A stretch of DNA of 51,778 nt from Pseudomonadota bacterium (GCA_018241625.1 JAFEDM010000515.1:1-51778), one strand, 5' to 3'. Positions 18,359-28,314 are shown, counted from the first letter of the stretch. Made by a program: numbers and translations. Notes: generated by a model from the letters alone, not told the origin.

Positions 18359-19376
18359 CGGACGCCTCCTCGGCCAGGCGCTCGCGCAACTCATCGTGCC
18401 GCCAGCAGGCGCTCGCCCGGTCCGCGCCATGGACTGCGAGGACAGGCGGGATCGCGCTGCACGCGGGCAAGGCGTGCGCGCAGCGCGGCGCGAAGGGACA
18501 GCCGTCGATCGTGGATTCCGGCGGTCGGCCCGGGATCACCCGCAGGCGCGCCTGGCGCTCGCCCTTCCGAGGCATGGAGGCGAGCAGCGCCGCGGTATAG
18601 GGATGCGACGGCGCGGAGAGGACCTGGGCGACCGTGCCGGTCTCGACCAGCCGACCGGCGTAGAGCACGCCGACCCGGTCGCAGACCTCCGCAACGACCC
18701 CCAGGTCGTGCGTGACCAGCAGCACGCTCATCCCCTTGTCGCGGCACAGGTCGTAGAGAAGCCTGAGAATCTGGTCCTGGATGGTCACGTCCAGGGCCGT
18801 GGTGGGTTCGTCCGCGAGGATCAGCTCCGGGGAACGGATCAGGGCGGCCGCGATGGCCACGCGTTGCCGCTGGCCGCCCGACAGCTCGTGCGGATAGGCG
18901 CGCATGCGGATCTCCGGATCCGCGAGGCCGACGTCCTGCAGCGCGCCGACGATCCGCCTATGGATCTCGGCCCGGTCCCGCAGGCCCGCGGCCTCCATCA
19001 CCTCGGCCAGCTGCGCGCCGATGGTCATCACGGGGTTCAGCGCACGCAGCGGGTCCTGGAAGATCATGGCCACGTGCCGGCGACGCAGCTCGGCGAGCGC
19101 GGCCGAGTTGAGGCGCGTCACCTCCTGTCCGGCGACCCGTATCGCGCCGCCCACCACGCGCGCCTTGTGATGCAGGAGCCCGATGATGGAACGGAGGACG
19201 GTGCTCTTGCCGCTGCCCGACTCTCCAACCAGGCCGAAAACTTCTCCCCGTCCGATGCTGAAGGCCACGTCGCGCGCCGCGACTGAGGCCTGCGCCGCGC
19301 TGCGATATTCGATGTCCAAGCCCTCGACCTGGAGGATCGGCGTCGCCGCCGCGTCCATCTGGACCGCGTTGTGCAT
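18351..19376 (-). CDS. Oligopeptide-type ABC transporter ATP-binding protein
   Basis: [30 protein letters not shown] and GCPFAPRC; start MHNAV. Confidence 0.92.
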   Translation of the reverse strand: MHNAVQMDAAATPILQVEGLDIEYRSAAQASVAARDVAFSIGRGEVFGLVGESGSGKSTVLRSIIGLLHHKARVVGGAIRVAGQEVTRLNSAALAELRRRHVAMIFQDPLRALNPVMTIGAQLAEVMEAAGLRDRAEIHRRIVGALQDVGLADPEIRMRAYPHELSGGQRQRVAIAAALIRSPELILADEPTTALDVTIQDQILRLLYDLCRDKGMSVLLVTHDLGVVAEVCDRVGVLYAGRLVETGTVAQVLSAPSHPYTAALLASMPRKGERQARLRVIPGRPPESTIDGCPFAPRCAHALPACSAIPPVLAVHGADRASACWRHDELRERLAEEASVG

Positions 19377-20224
19377 CAGGCGATGTCCGGTCGCAGCACG
19401 TCGGACAAGCCGTCGCCGACCAGGATGGCGGCCAGGCTGACGTAGAAGATCGCGAAGCCCGGGAAGATGGCCATCCAGGGCGCCTGATAGAGGTAGACCC
19501 GCCCTTCCCCGATCATCACGCCCCATTCCGGCGACGGTGGCTGCACGCCGAGCCCGAGGAAGCCCAGGGCGCTGCCGACCAGAATCCAGGCGATGAAGTT
19601 GGTGGTGGCGAGCAGCACCGGCTGCACGATGACGTTCGGCAGCACGTGCCGCCAAAGCACGCGGGCGGGGGAGAAGCCGAGCGCCCGCGCCGCCTCCACG
19701 TACTGGTGCTTGGCGACGACCAGGACCTCACCGCGGACCAGGCGCGCATAGCTCGCCCAGCCCACCAGGAAGACGGCGATGTACATGTTGAAGATGCCGG
19801 GCCCGAGCGTGGCCACGATGGCGATGATCAGCACATAGAACGGGAACGCGACCACGAGGTCGAGGACTCGCATCAGGACGGCGTCCGCCCAGCGGTTCGT
19901 CCCGGCGATGACGCCGAGCGCCGTGCCCACGACCAGGGTCGGGACCACCGAGAAGAACCCGAACTGCAGATCGACCGACGTCGCGGAGATGATTCGGGCC
20001 AGCACGTCGCGGCCGAAGTTGTCGGTGCCGAGCCAATGTTGTGCGCTCGGCGCCTGCAGGGTCGCGCTGAGATCGAGCTCAAGCGGGTCGGGCGCCAGCA
20101 GGGGGCCGAGGGTCGCGGCCAGGAGTGCCAGGAGGATCATCGCCAGGCCCGCCCTCAGCGAGACGGGGGTGCGCGCCAGCCAGGCGAAAGGAGCCACCGG
20201 ACGCTCGATCGGCGCCGCACTCAT
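19376..20224 (-). CDS. ABC transporter permease (DppC/OppC type)
   Basis: HWLGTDNFGRD, EAARALG and RHVLPN; multiple TM segments. Confidence 0.93.
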   Translation of the reverse strand: MSAAPIERPVAPFAWLARTPVSLRAGLAMILLALLAATLGPLLAPDPLELDLSATLQAPSAQHWLGTDNFGRDVLARIISATSVDLQFGFFSVVPTLVVGTALGVIAGTNRWADAVLMRVLDLVVAFPFYVLIIAIVATLGPGIFNMYIAVFLVGWASYARLVRGEVLVVAKHQYVEAARALGFSPARVLWRHVLPNVIVQPVLLATTNFIAWILVGSALGFLGLGVQPPSPEWGVMIGEGRVYLYQAPWMAIFPGFAIFYVSLAAILVGDGLSDVLRPDIA

Positions 20225-21171
20225 CGGGCGCCGACCATCGCGTCACGGGCCCGCGGATCGATGAACGCCACCAGCAGGTCCGTCAGCAGGTTGATGACCA
20301 TGACGAAGACCGCGAAGACCAGGGTCACCGCCACCACGGTCGGATAGTCGCGCGTCGTGATGGCGGTAAGCATCAGTTGGCCAAGGCCGGGGACCGAGAA
20401 CACGGATTCGACGACCAGAGTCGCCCCGATCAGCAGGCCGATGTGGAGCCCCAGGATGGTGACAGCCGGAATCAGGGCCGGTCGGAAGACGTGGCGGAAG
20501 AACACAACCCGCTCCGAGAGCCCCTTCGATCGCGCCATATCGACATGGTCCGCTGTCAGGGTCTCCAGCAGGCTGGAGCGGAGCGAGCGGATGACCAGCG
20601 GGCAGAGCCCGAGCGCGAGCGTGAAGGCCGGCAGCAGGAGCGATCGCAGCTGTTCGCCCAGGGTCGCGCCAAATCCGCCGACGGGAAGGATGGGCCACCA
20701 GATGCCGAACAGCAGCAACAACAGCAGCCCGATCCAATAGGGCGGCAGGCCCAAGCCCAGGACGATCACGGCGCGCACCACCGCATCGGCGAGGCCGCTG
20801 CGCCGCACCGCCGCCCAGATCGCCAGCGATACGCTGATCACGATGGTCAGCACGATGGCGTAAGCGACGAGGAACAGCTCAGGAAACAGCCGGTCCAAGA
20901 CGAGCTCGATGGCCGGGCGGCCGTAGAAGTAGGAATAGCCGAAGTCACCCCTGAGCAGCTGCTTCAGGAAGATCCCGTACTGGACGATCAGGGAGCGATC
21001 GAGCCCCCAGTGGGCCCGGAGTTCCGCCACCCGCTCGGCCGAGGCATAGACGCCCAAAGACATCGCCGCCGGATCGCCGGGCACGGCGCGGACCAGGATG
21101 AAGATGGTCAGGCTGATCCCGATCAGGATCGGGATCATCTGGGCCAGCCTGACGACAACGAAATTCAGCAC
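20221..21171 (-). CDS. ABC transporter permease (DppB/OppB type)
   Basis: PGDPA, GDFGYS, ARSKGLSE, VESVFS.PGLG and DPR; GTG start. Confidence 0.93.
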   Translation of the reverse strand: MLNFVVVRLAQMIPILIGISLTIFILVRAVPGDPAAMSLGVYASAERVAELRAHWGLDRSLIVQYGIFLKQLLRGDFGYSYFYGRPAIELVLDRLFPELFLVAYAIVLTIVISVSLAIWAAVRRSGLADAVVRAVIVLGLGLPPYWIGLLLLLLFGIWWPILPVGGFGATLGEQLRSLLLPAFTLALGLCPLVIRSLRSSLLETLTADHVDMARSKGLSERVVFFRHVFRPALIPAVTILGLHIGLLIGATLVVESVFSVPGLGQLMLTAITTRDYPTVVAVTLVFAVFVMVINLLTDLLVAFIDPRARDAMVGAR

Positions 21172-21259
21172 TCCAAGCGCCCCGACGCCAATGGAACCTC
21201 GACCTTAGGACCAGCGGAGAGGCGACGCATCAGAACTCTCGTTCCCACGCCAACATCAC

Positions 21260-21273
21260 TGGAACCGTTTCCA
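21260..21273. promoter_or_regulatory. LacI operator upstream of the ABC-SelA-lactonase-ADH-mutarotase operon
   Basis: TGGAACCGTTTCCA (1 mismatch). Confidence 0.78.
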
Positions 21274-21363
21274 ATCTCACCCGATCGACGACTGCAAGAC
21301 AAGTGCGCGATGCACGTCGAGATCCTTCCCGCGGCGCGGCCCGCGGGCTTTTCGTCGGCCCGC

Positions 21364-22341
21364 CTAGACCGGGCTCACCGAAGGCGGCGCGGTGGCGTCC
21401 TCCCGCACCATCCGGTTCCGCAACGGCAGATGGAAGGCGTCGGAGGTGATCTCGAATTCATCGCCGGACCGGACTTCGATCCCGTCGGCAAAGGACAGGG
21501 CCGCCGCGCCGAAAAAGTGGACGTGGATGTCGCCCGGCCGGCGGAACTGCGCGTATTTGAAGTGGTGGTGTTCCAGGTTGCCGATCGTGTGCGCCATGTG
21601 ACTTTCGCCCGACTGGAAGGCCTTTTCCCAGACGGTCTGGCCGAGACGCTTGATCCGGCTGTGACCACGCACCGCTTGCGGCAATTCGCCAAGGCGCAGC
21701 TCCGGCCCGATCGCCGCCTGTCGAAGCTTCGAGTGCGCGAGCCACAGATAGTTGACGCTCTCCGTGACGTGATCGGAGAACTCGTTGCCGAGCACATAGC
21801 CAAGCCGCGCCGGGCCGCCCGCCTCGTCGATCATGTAGACGCCGGCGATCTCAGCCTCGTCGCCGCCGTCGCCGGCAAACGCTGGAGCGTGGAGCGGCGA
21901 GCCGGGATCGACAAGGATGGTTCCGTCGCCCTTGTAGAACCACTCCGGCTGCGCCCCGACACGCCCGCTCTCGGGCTTGCCGCCCTCCAGGCCCATCTGG
22001 AACATCTTCATGGAATCGGTCGCCTGCCCGGATGCGATGGCGCTGTGCATGGCGTCCCGCCCCTCCGCCGACCCGAGATGCGTCAGGCCGGTCCCGCTGA
22101 CGATCAGGTGCGCCGGGTCGGGATGGTCGATGGGGCTGAGCAGTTCAAGGTCGGCTAGGTCGACGACCTCGCCGCCGGACTCGGCGGCGAGCGCCGCCAG
22201 GCTTGATCGGCGACTGAGCGCCAGTTGCGCCAACGCCCGGGTGGTATCGGCGGCGCCGACATGTCTTGCCGCGCCGCGCTCGTCGAGCGCGAGCAGGCCG
22301 CGCACGCCGCCCTTCCTGAACTGGACGAGGGACTGGATCAC
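21364..22341 (-). CDS. AraD1/GguC-like FAH-superfamily protein
   Basis: DHPDPAH, SGTGLTHLGSA, QPEWFYKG, NEFSDH, LAHSKLR and HHHFKY; GTG start (22341 or 22344) after GGAG. Confidence 0.88.
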   Translation of the reverse strand: MIQSLVQFRKGGVRGLLALDERGAARHVGAADTTRALAQLALSRRSSLAALAAESGGEVVDLADLELLSPIDHPDPAHLIVSGTGLTHLGSAEGRDAMHSAIASGQATDSMKMFQMGLEGGKPESGRVGAQPEWFYKGDGTILVDPGSPLHAPAFAGDGGDEAEIAGVYMIDEAGGPARLGYVLGNEFSDHVTESVNYLWLAHSKLRQAAIGPELRLGELPQAVRGHSRIKRLGQTVWEKAFQSGESHMAHTIGNLEHHHFKYAQFRRPGDIHVHFFGAAALSFADGIEVRSGDEFEITSDAFHLPLRNRMVREDATAPPSVSPV

Positions 22342-22475
22342 CACATCGAACTCCGAACTTGAACTCAACACCGGCCGCCGCGTCCTGGGTGGCGGTGGAC
22401 CTCGAGGTCGGAACCGGCCTCGGAAACCCGGCGCGCCTTCCAGGACCGGCGCGGCACAGGCGCCTCGCCGCAACA

Positions 22476-22507
22476 AGAAGGCGGGTCGCCGGAGCGGCCC
22501 GCCTTCT
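22476..22507 (-). terminator. Hairpin downstream of the TonB receptor (terminator or stabilising stem)
   Basis: AGAAGGCGGGTCGC-CGGA-GCGGCCCGCCTTCT, 22 nt past the stop codon. Confidence 0.6.
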
Positions 22508-22529
22508 GCTCGTTCTCCTCTGACCGCCC

Positions 22530-25500
22530 TTAGAACTGCTGGCGGATCCGCATGACGAAGTAGCGCCCGATCATGTCGCTGGTGTAGTAGGCGCCGTCCG
22601 CCCGGTTGATGACGCTCGGCATCATGTTGAAGACGTTGTTGACCGAGAACTGTAGCGAGGTCCTGTCTCGCAGGTTGTACTGAATGGACACGTCCGACAT
22701 GAAGTACGGGTCGAAGTGATTGATGATGTTGCCGCTCGTCGCCGCGGTGGTCTCCTGGCCAGGGCCCAGGTTCACCAGATAGTTGGCGCCGGTCGTGTCG
22801 AGGAACACCGGGCTGGACTGATAGAGCGTCCGCCAGAACACCCGCCAATTGTGCCAGTTGTAGGTCACATCGAAGGTGCCCTTCCACTTCGGCTGCGCGA
22901 AGGTGCCGACCGGGTTCGCCGGCAACTCGTTGAGGACCTGCAGTTCGTTCTGCATGGTCTTCAGTAGGGTCACCCCGAAGCTTAGGTCGCCGAAGTCCCC
23001 GCCGCTGCTGTTGAGGTGGGCGAACTTGAGCGCGTCGGCGACGTCGACGCCATAGGTCAGGTGGCCCTGGACACCCTCGAACAGCGAATTCGCCGCGTTG
23101 AGGCTCGTGGTCGTGCCGGAGATGATCTGCCCCGTCGCGTCGCGGGTGAACAGGCTGCCGTTGCAGGCCGGCGTGTTCGGGAAGCTCGGGCTGTCGTAAC
23201 AGGCGTTGAGCACCTGGGTCAGGGTCAACGGCGAGATGCGGTTCTGGATCCGGATGTGGAAGTAGTCCAGCGTCACCGCCAGCCGATCGACCCAGCGGGG
23301 CTGGATGACGACGCCGAAGGTGTAGGACTTGGATTCCTCCGGCACCAGGTTCGGGTTGCCCGAGGTGATGATCGGGATCGTCGCGCTCACCGCGTTCGAG
23401 GTGAAGGTGTTCGGATTGATCCCGGCCGCGATGCAGTTCGCGCGGCGGATCGCCGGGGTCACGCCCCCGTTGACGAACCGCTGGTCGCACGGGTCATTGG
23501 CCATCGAGAACGACCCGACCTGCGGCGTGTAGAGTTCGACGAGCGACGGGGAGCGGATGGCCTGGGTGTAGGACCCGCGGAAGATGAGGTCCTTCACCGG
23601 CGACCAGCGGCCACCGTACTCGAACGCCGTCGAGTGATTGGTGCCGTTGCCGAGGTTGTTGATATCCTTGCTCTTCTCCTCGACGCGCCGGATGGAGCCG
23701 TTGACCTCGAGCAGGTCCATCAGTGGCACATTGGTGTCCTTGCCGAAGATCGGGACGAACGCCTCGCCGAAATATTCCTGGGTCTCCTGCTGGCCGCCCG
23801 TGGTGATATAGGTCGCGAAGCCGCCGCGCGTGAGGGTCAACGACGAGCCGAGGTCCGGTGTGAAGACCGCCCGTTCGCGGCGCGCTTCCACACCGACGTT
23901 GGCGCTCAGCCAGCCGGCCGGAAGCTTGATTAGGTCGCCCGTGATGCTGGCCGTCAGCACGCGCTCTTCATTGTCGGCCGTGTTCACCCGCGGCCCGCCG
24001 GTGATGAAATTCAGCGTCGCCGCCGAGTTCACCGCTCTTGCGTCGCCGAAGATGTTCAGTGGCAGGCAGTTCGATCCGAAGGCATAGGCGGCGCCGACCG
24101 CGCCGTTACCGCCCGCAGGCGTGTTGTAGCCACCGGCAGTTCCGTTGGCGATATGGCCGTTGACGTTACAGATGATCGAGCCGAGCCCGATGTTCTGGAC
24201 GCCGCTTTGACCGCTTTTTTGGATGGCGATCAGGGCGTCGCTGGCGTCGATCTTCCCGTCCTTGTTCAGGTCGGTGATCTTGCTGCCCGTCTGGGTAACC
24301 AGGCTGGTCAGATAGGTGTTGTCGACCTTGACCGCGTCGAGGGCGTCGAAGAACCGGCCGTCGATGATGCCGGACGTCTTGTTCTGCAGGTGGGCCTTCC
24401 CGAAGACCCCGGAGATGTTCCATTTGAACTTGCGATCATCGAGCTCGAACTTGCCATCCAGGACCGTGGCGACCCGACCGGTGTAGTTCTGGTCGGTGTC
24501 CGGCCCACCGCCGACCAGGTCGTTGTCGAAGCGGTTGATGAAGAAGTTCGAGTTCGCGCCCAATGCGCTCTCGAGAACCCCTCGGGCCTGGGAATCCAGG
24601 AACGGGTTGCTGGTGTTCATCAGCAGCGGACCAGAGGTGCCCGTGAAAGCCAGGAGATTGTAGCCGCCCTGCTTCACAAGCTGCGTCGCCTGGGAACTCG
24701 AGAACATCGACTCGACGGAGAAGCGGATGTCGTCCGTGATGTCGTAGTGCCCCAGCATGGTGGCATTGAGAACGGTCACCGGCGAGCGGATCTGCGTCGT
24801 GCTCCCGACGAGGTCGAAGCCGCAGCCGCCGCCCATGGTGAAGAGGGCCGACGACGCGCCGGGCGTAAGCCCCGGGGCGCAGGTCGCCAGGTCGCCGGTC
24901 TTGGTGAACTGGTAATAGTTCGCGCCGACCTTGCCGAGGCCCAGGGACGGCAACATGAGCGAGGTGGGCGACACCGAGCCATAGGGGCCCGCGACCTGCA
25001 GGTTCTGGCCGAAGTAGATACGGTATTCCTGATCGGGCGTGCCGTTGCCGTTGGCGTCGAGCCGGGCCCCGAACGGGATCGCAAGCGGGCGGTTGTTGTT
25101 CCAATCCGGACGGGCCGACGCCAAGGCGCCGTCCGCCTTGTTGTATTCGATCGAGAAGGTCACGTTGCCGCGGTCGTCCGCGAAATTCGTGCCCATCACG
25201 CCCGAGATCTGACGCTGCGCCAGGTCGTCCTTCTCGGACAGCCCCTGCTGGGCGGACATCTCGAACCCTTGATAGTGATCCTTCAAGATGACGTTGATCG
25301 TGCCGGCGATCGCGTCTGAGCCGTACACGGCGGCGCCGGCCAGCGGCACGACCTCGACCCGATCGAGCAGGGCCACGGGCAGGACGTTGTAGTCGACCTG
25401 CAAGCCGGCCGCCGACGAGAAGTTCGTCGGCACGTTTGACGAGACGAAGCGGCGCCCGTTGACCAGGGTCAGGGTGCGTTGCGAGCCGAGGTTGAACAGG

Positions 25501-25868
25501 TCGACGTAGTTCTGGCCCACGGTGAAGGCGTTCTGCGACCCGTACGGTCCGATCCCCTGACCGACCGCCGGCAGCTCCTTGATGGCCTCGCCGACGTTCA
25601 CCAGGGAGCGCTTGTCGAGGTCGTCGGCGCCCACTGCCGATACGGGACGGACGGTGTCCACCTCGGTGCGAGCGATGCGCGACCCCGTGACCACAACCTC
25701 ATCCACCGCCTTGGTCGCGGCGTCCTTGGAGGTCGTCGGGAGTGTCTTGATCGCGTCATCCTGGGCAAACGCCACCGTCGACGCCGTCAAGGCGATCACC
25801 GAGGCGCTCGCCGCCAATACTGCGCGACAAGCGATCCAGCGCGCCTTGTTCTGTTGCCTAGTCTCCAC
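22530..25868 (-). CDS. TonB-dependent receptor (1112 aa)
   Basis: Signal peptide, TonB box EVVVTGSRI, plug motifs RTLTLVNGRR and YGSDAIAGTIN, NPNLVPEES, C-terminal Phe. Confidence 0.96.
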   Translation of the reverse strand: METRQQNKARWIACRAVLAASASVIALTASTVAFAQDDAIKTLPTTSKDAATKAVDEVVVTGSRIARTEVDTVRPVSAVGADDLDKRSLVNVGEAIKELPAVGQGIGPYGSQNAFTVGQNYVDLFNLGSQRTLTLVNGRRFVSSNVPTNFSSAAGLQVDYNVLPVALLDRVEVVPLAGAAVYGSDAIAGTINVILKDHYQGFEMSAQQGLSEKDDLAQRQISGVMGTNFADDRGNVTFSIEYNKADGALASARPDWNNNRPLAIPFGARLDANGNGTPDQEYRIYFGQNLQVAGPYGSVSPTSLMLPSLGLGKVGANYYQFTKTGDLATCAPGLTPGASSALFTMGGGCGFDLVGSTTQIRSPVTVLNATMLGHYDITDDIRFSVESMFSSSQATQLVKQGGYNLLAFTGTSGPLLMNTSNPFLDSQARGVLESALGANSNFFINRFDNDLVGGGPDTDQNYTGRVATVLDGKFELDDRKFKWNISGVFGKAHLQNKTSGIIDGRFFDALDAVKVDNTYLTSLVTQTGSKITDLNKDGKIDASDALIAIQKSGQSGVQNIGLGSIICNVNGHIANGTAGGYNTPAGGNGAVGAAYAFGSNCLPLNIFGDARAVNSAATLNFITGGPRVNTADNEERVLTASITGDLIKLPAGWLSANVGVEARRERAVFTPDLGSSLTLTRGGFATYITTGGQQETQEYFGEAFVPIFGKDTNVPLMDLLEVNGSIRRVEEKSKDINNLGNGTNHSTAFEYGGRWSPVKDLIFRGSYTQAIRSPSLVELYTPQVGSFSMANDPCDQRFVNGGVTPAIRRANCIAAGINPNTFTSNAVSATIPIITSGNPNLVPEESKSYTFGVVIQPRWVDRLAVTLDYFHIRIQNRISPLTLTQVLNACYDSPSFPNTPACNGSLFTRDATGQIISGTTTSLNAANSLFEGVQGHLTYGVDVADALKFAHLNSSGGDFGDLSFGVTLLKTMQNELQVLNELPANPVGTFAQPKWKGTFDVTYNWHNWRVFWRTLYQSSPVFLDTTGANYLVNLGPGQETTAATSGNIINHFDPYFMSDVSIQYNLRDRTSLQFSVNNVFNMMPSVINRADGAYYTSDMIGRYFVMRIRQQF

Positions 25869-25985
25869 GTCTACCCCCTCTTGTTGTCCGCACAGACATT
25901 CGATCGACCCCTACGCCCCTCCCGATCGGTCCCTTGGGATCGGGATCGCTGGAATATCCCCCGGCGCGGCAGTCACCTGACTGGC

Positions 25986-26039
25986 TTCCGATCGTGAGAT
26001 CGAATTCCACATCTTGAGAATTTCGTTTATGTGATGAGA
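25986..26039. promoter_or_regulatory. Triple 14-bp motif at 20-bp period (putative IclR operators) over the TBDR promoter
   Basis: TTCCGATCGTGAGA (25986), TCCACATCTTGAGA (26006), TTTATGTGATGAGA (26026); minus-strand TTGACA at 26052-26057. Confidence 0.6.
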
Positions 26040-26064
26040 GATCAGATCGGCTGTCAATGCTTTT

Positions 26065-26078
26065 TGGAAACGGTTGCA
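26065..26078. promoter_or_regulatory. Putative LacI operator (2 mismatches)
   Basis: TGGAAACGGTTGCA, just upstream of the TBDR -35 box. Confidence 0.65.
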
Positions 26079-26239
26079 ACCTAGACCGTCACCCAGACTT
26101 CACAAGCCGGTCCCGTCGGCGATTCGCCCGAGCGCGGCGGTTCGATGGCGGCTGCAGATGAACGGCGTCCACGAGGCCGTAGGGGGAGCGCGATGCGAAG
26201 CGTTGGCCTTACCCGAAAGCCCTGCTCCAGGAGCGAGTC

Positions 26240-26761
26240 ATGGGATTTTCCACAACGATTTCCGCCGCTTCCGTAACCCTGATCCTCGGGATCGGGCACG
26301 CGGACGCAAAGCTGCAATCGCTCAAGGACGCCCTGCAGGCCTGCGCTCGCGTGCCGGACTCCTCCGCTCGCCTCACCTGCTTTGAGGACCTGGCGAAATC
26401 GTCATCTTCTGGGCACGCGCCGTCGGTGGCCAGCGCCCCAGGTCCGGCTGCCGAGAGAACGCCCGTGACGGCGTCCGAACAACGGGCCGCCGTCACGGCT
26501 AAGCGGCGCAAGGCGGACGACTCAGGCGATCCAGCGCGTCAGGGCTACGAGGCCGTGGTCCTTCGCGCCTGGCAGTCTGGGAGCGGCGATTACTATATCG
26601 CGCTGACCAACGGTGAGATTTGGAAGAGCGAGACGCGAGACAAACCTCGCCCCGTCAAGGAGGGGGAGTCCGTGCAGCTTCGTCCGGGCGCGATCGGCAG
26701 CTGGTTCATGGAGTTCAAGACCCTGCAGCGCCCCGCGATCCGCGTGAACCTGCTCGAATAG
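26240..26761 (+). CDS. Hypothetical exported protein with C-x8-RLxC motif
   Basis: GGAG RBS, signal-like N-terminus, ACARVPDSSARLTCFE, low-complexity linker and C-terminal LTNGEIW beta domain. Confidence 0.72.
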   Translation: MGFSTTISAASVTLILGIGHADAKLQSLKDALQACARVPDSSARLTCFEDLAKSSSSGHAPSVASAPGPAAERTPVTASEQRAAVTAKRRKADDSGDPARQGYEAVVLRAWQSGSGDYYIALTNGEIWKSETRDKPRPVKEGESVQLRPGAIGSWFMEFKTLQRPAIRVNLLE

Positions 26762-26860
26762 GGGCGCTCGCGACCCTCACGGCGGTCCCGTGGAAACGAA
26801 GCCAGAGATGCTGACGCGCTGGCATTTGCGCGATTGATGATCGCCGCAAACCGAGTCTAT

Positions 26861-26894
26861 CCCTATTATTGGGATTTCATCTTAATCTTAGGGA
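26861..26894. promoter_or_regulatory. Tandem 14-bp motif pair (putative IclR operators)
   Basis: CCCTATTATTGGGA (26861) and CTTAATCTTAGGGA (26881), 20-bp period, in an AT-rich patch upstream of the Tat SelA-like gene. Confidence 0.5.
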
Positions 26895-26985
26895 TTATGC
26901 GGCTAACGGCGGAAACGGTCCGTCGCGCATCGATGCCCATCGTCATCGAGTCCCCGTGGTTTTGCGGCATTGGAGCACGACGGAT

Positions 26986-28314
26986 ATGCAGCGAACGAAT
27001 AATCAACTGACACTCGGCGATGACGCCGGTGTCGGCCGGCGCGGCTTCCTGAAGTTCGCGAGCCTGGGTGGCGCGGCGCCGTTGCTGGCGTGGTCCGGGA
27101 GCCCGCAGGCATCGCCGCCTCCGAAGCCCGCAGCTGTAGGCCACGGCGCCGGAGCTCGAGGCGGATCAGACGACGACGTCTATGGGCGGATGTTCGGCGT
27201 CCGGACCATCATAAACGCCGCCGGTCCCGTCACCGCGCTCGGCGGCACCTTGTTGTCCAAGGAGGTGACCGACGCGATGGCGGCCGCTTCGCGCAACTTC
27301 GTCGACCTCAACGAGCTCTACCTGTCCGCCGGCGCGCGGCTGGCGAAGATCCTCAAGAGTGAGGCCGCCATGGTGACGTCCGGCGCCTCGGCCGCTATGA
27401 CTTTGGCGGCGGCCGCCTGCCTGACGGGAGGCGACAGGGACAGGATGGCGGCGCTACCACAGCCGACCTGGGCCCGCCGTGAGGCGCTCATCCAGCGCGC
27501 GCACTCCACCGCCTACGAGCAGGCCTACCGCGACGCCGGGATGACCCTCGTACACGTCGATACGGAAGAGCAGATGCGCGCCGCGATAAGCGAGCGGACG
27601 GCCATGATCGGCGGCCTCATCAACACCGAGAAAATGGACCTGCCGGGCATCATTCCACTGCAGCGGTTGGTCGCCATCGGAAAGGCCGCCGGCGTGCCGG
27701 TCTACTTCGACGCCTCGTTCTCGGTGACCCATAATTCGCCGCCCGCGAGCCTCTGGCGCTACACCCAGATGGGCGCAGACCTTGTCGGCATCAGCGGCGG
27801 CAAGGGGCTGCATGGCCCGCAGGCTACCGGCATCCTGGCGGGCCGCGCCGATCTCGTCGCGGCCGCGCGCAATATGGCCTCGCCCAACGTTCCCGCCCTG
27901 GGCCGAGGCATGAAGGTCGACAAGGAAGGGGTTGTCGGCCTGATGACCGCGATCGACCAGTTCCTCACCCGCGACGCCGCGGCGCTCTATCGGCGCGACC
28001 GCGCGCGGGTCGCCACGATGAAGGCCTACGTCAACGACATCCCTGGCGTCCGTCTGGACAATGAGGACCTCTACTTTGGTCCCGGTCTCGTGCTGAGTTG
28101 GGATCAGAAGGACGTGCCGCTGTCCTACGGTGACTTTGTCCAGCGCATGCACGAGAGCGCGCGGCCGATTTCCGTCCTCATCGCGAGCGGGCCGACCGCC
28201 TACTTCGGCAAGGTCAACGGACCGGCGCTCTACGCTGGCTATCTGGCCGATGGCGAAGACATTATCGTCGCCAAACGCGCCCGGGAGATCCTGCTGACGG
28301 CGCGCCGGGCGTGA
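26986..28314 (+). CDS. Tat-exported SelA/DgaE-like PLP-dependent enzyme
   Basis: GRRGFLK twin-arginine signal; IINAAG..TALGG, VTSGASAA, FDAS, SGGK(PLP Lys)GLHGPQ and GRGMKVDKE. Confidence 0.87.
   Translation: MQRTNNQLTLGDDAGVGRRGFLKFASLGGAAPLLAWSGSPQASPPPKPAAVGHGAGARGGSDDDVYGRMFGVRTIINAAGPVTALGGTLLSKEVTDAMAAASRNFVDLNELYLSAGARLAKILKSEAAMVTSGASAAMTLAAAACLTGGDRDRMAALPQPTWARREALIQRAHSTAYEQAYRDAGMTLVHVDTEEQMRAAISERTAMIGGLINTEKMDLPGIIPLQRLVAIGKAAGVPVYFDASFSVTHNSPPASLWRYTQMGADLVGISGGKGLHGPQATGILAGRADLVAAARNMASPNVPALGRGMKVDKEGVVGLMTAIDQFLTRDAAALYRRDRARVATMKAYVNDIPGVRLDNEDLYFGPGLVLSWDQKDVPLSYGDFVQRMHESARPISVLIASGPTAYFGKVNGPALYAGYLADGEDIIVAKRAREILLTARRA

Noticed and set aside
21364-23490. 708-aa ORF extending AraD1 into the TBDR
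   Set aside because: The extension overlaps the TBDR in another frame and crosses a hairpin; an RBS and GTG at about 22341 explain the gene.
25986-26039. Possible mini-CRISPR or iteron array (20-bp periodic TGAGA)
   Set aside because: Only three short degenerate units, no spacers and no cas or rep genes; better explained as operators.
16116-28314. Selenocysteine machinery implied by two SelA-like genes
   Set aside because: No selB, selD, tRNA-Sec or in-frame UGA selenoprotein was seen; context and Tat export point to catabolic SelA-like enzymes.
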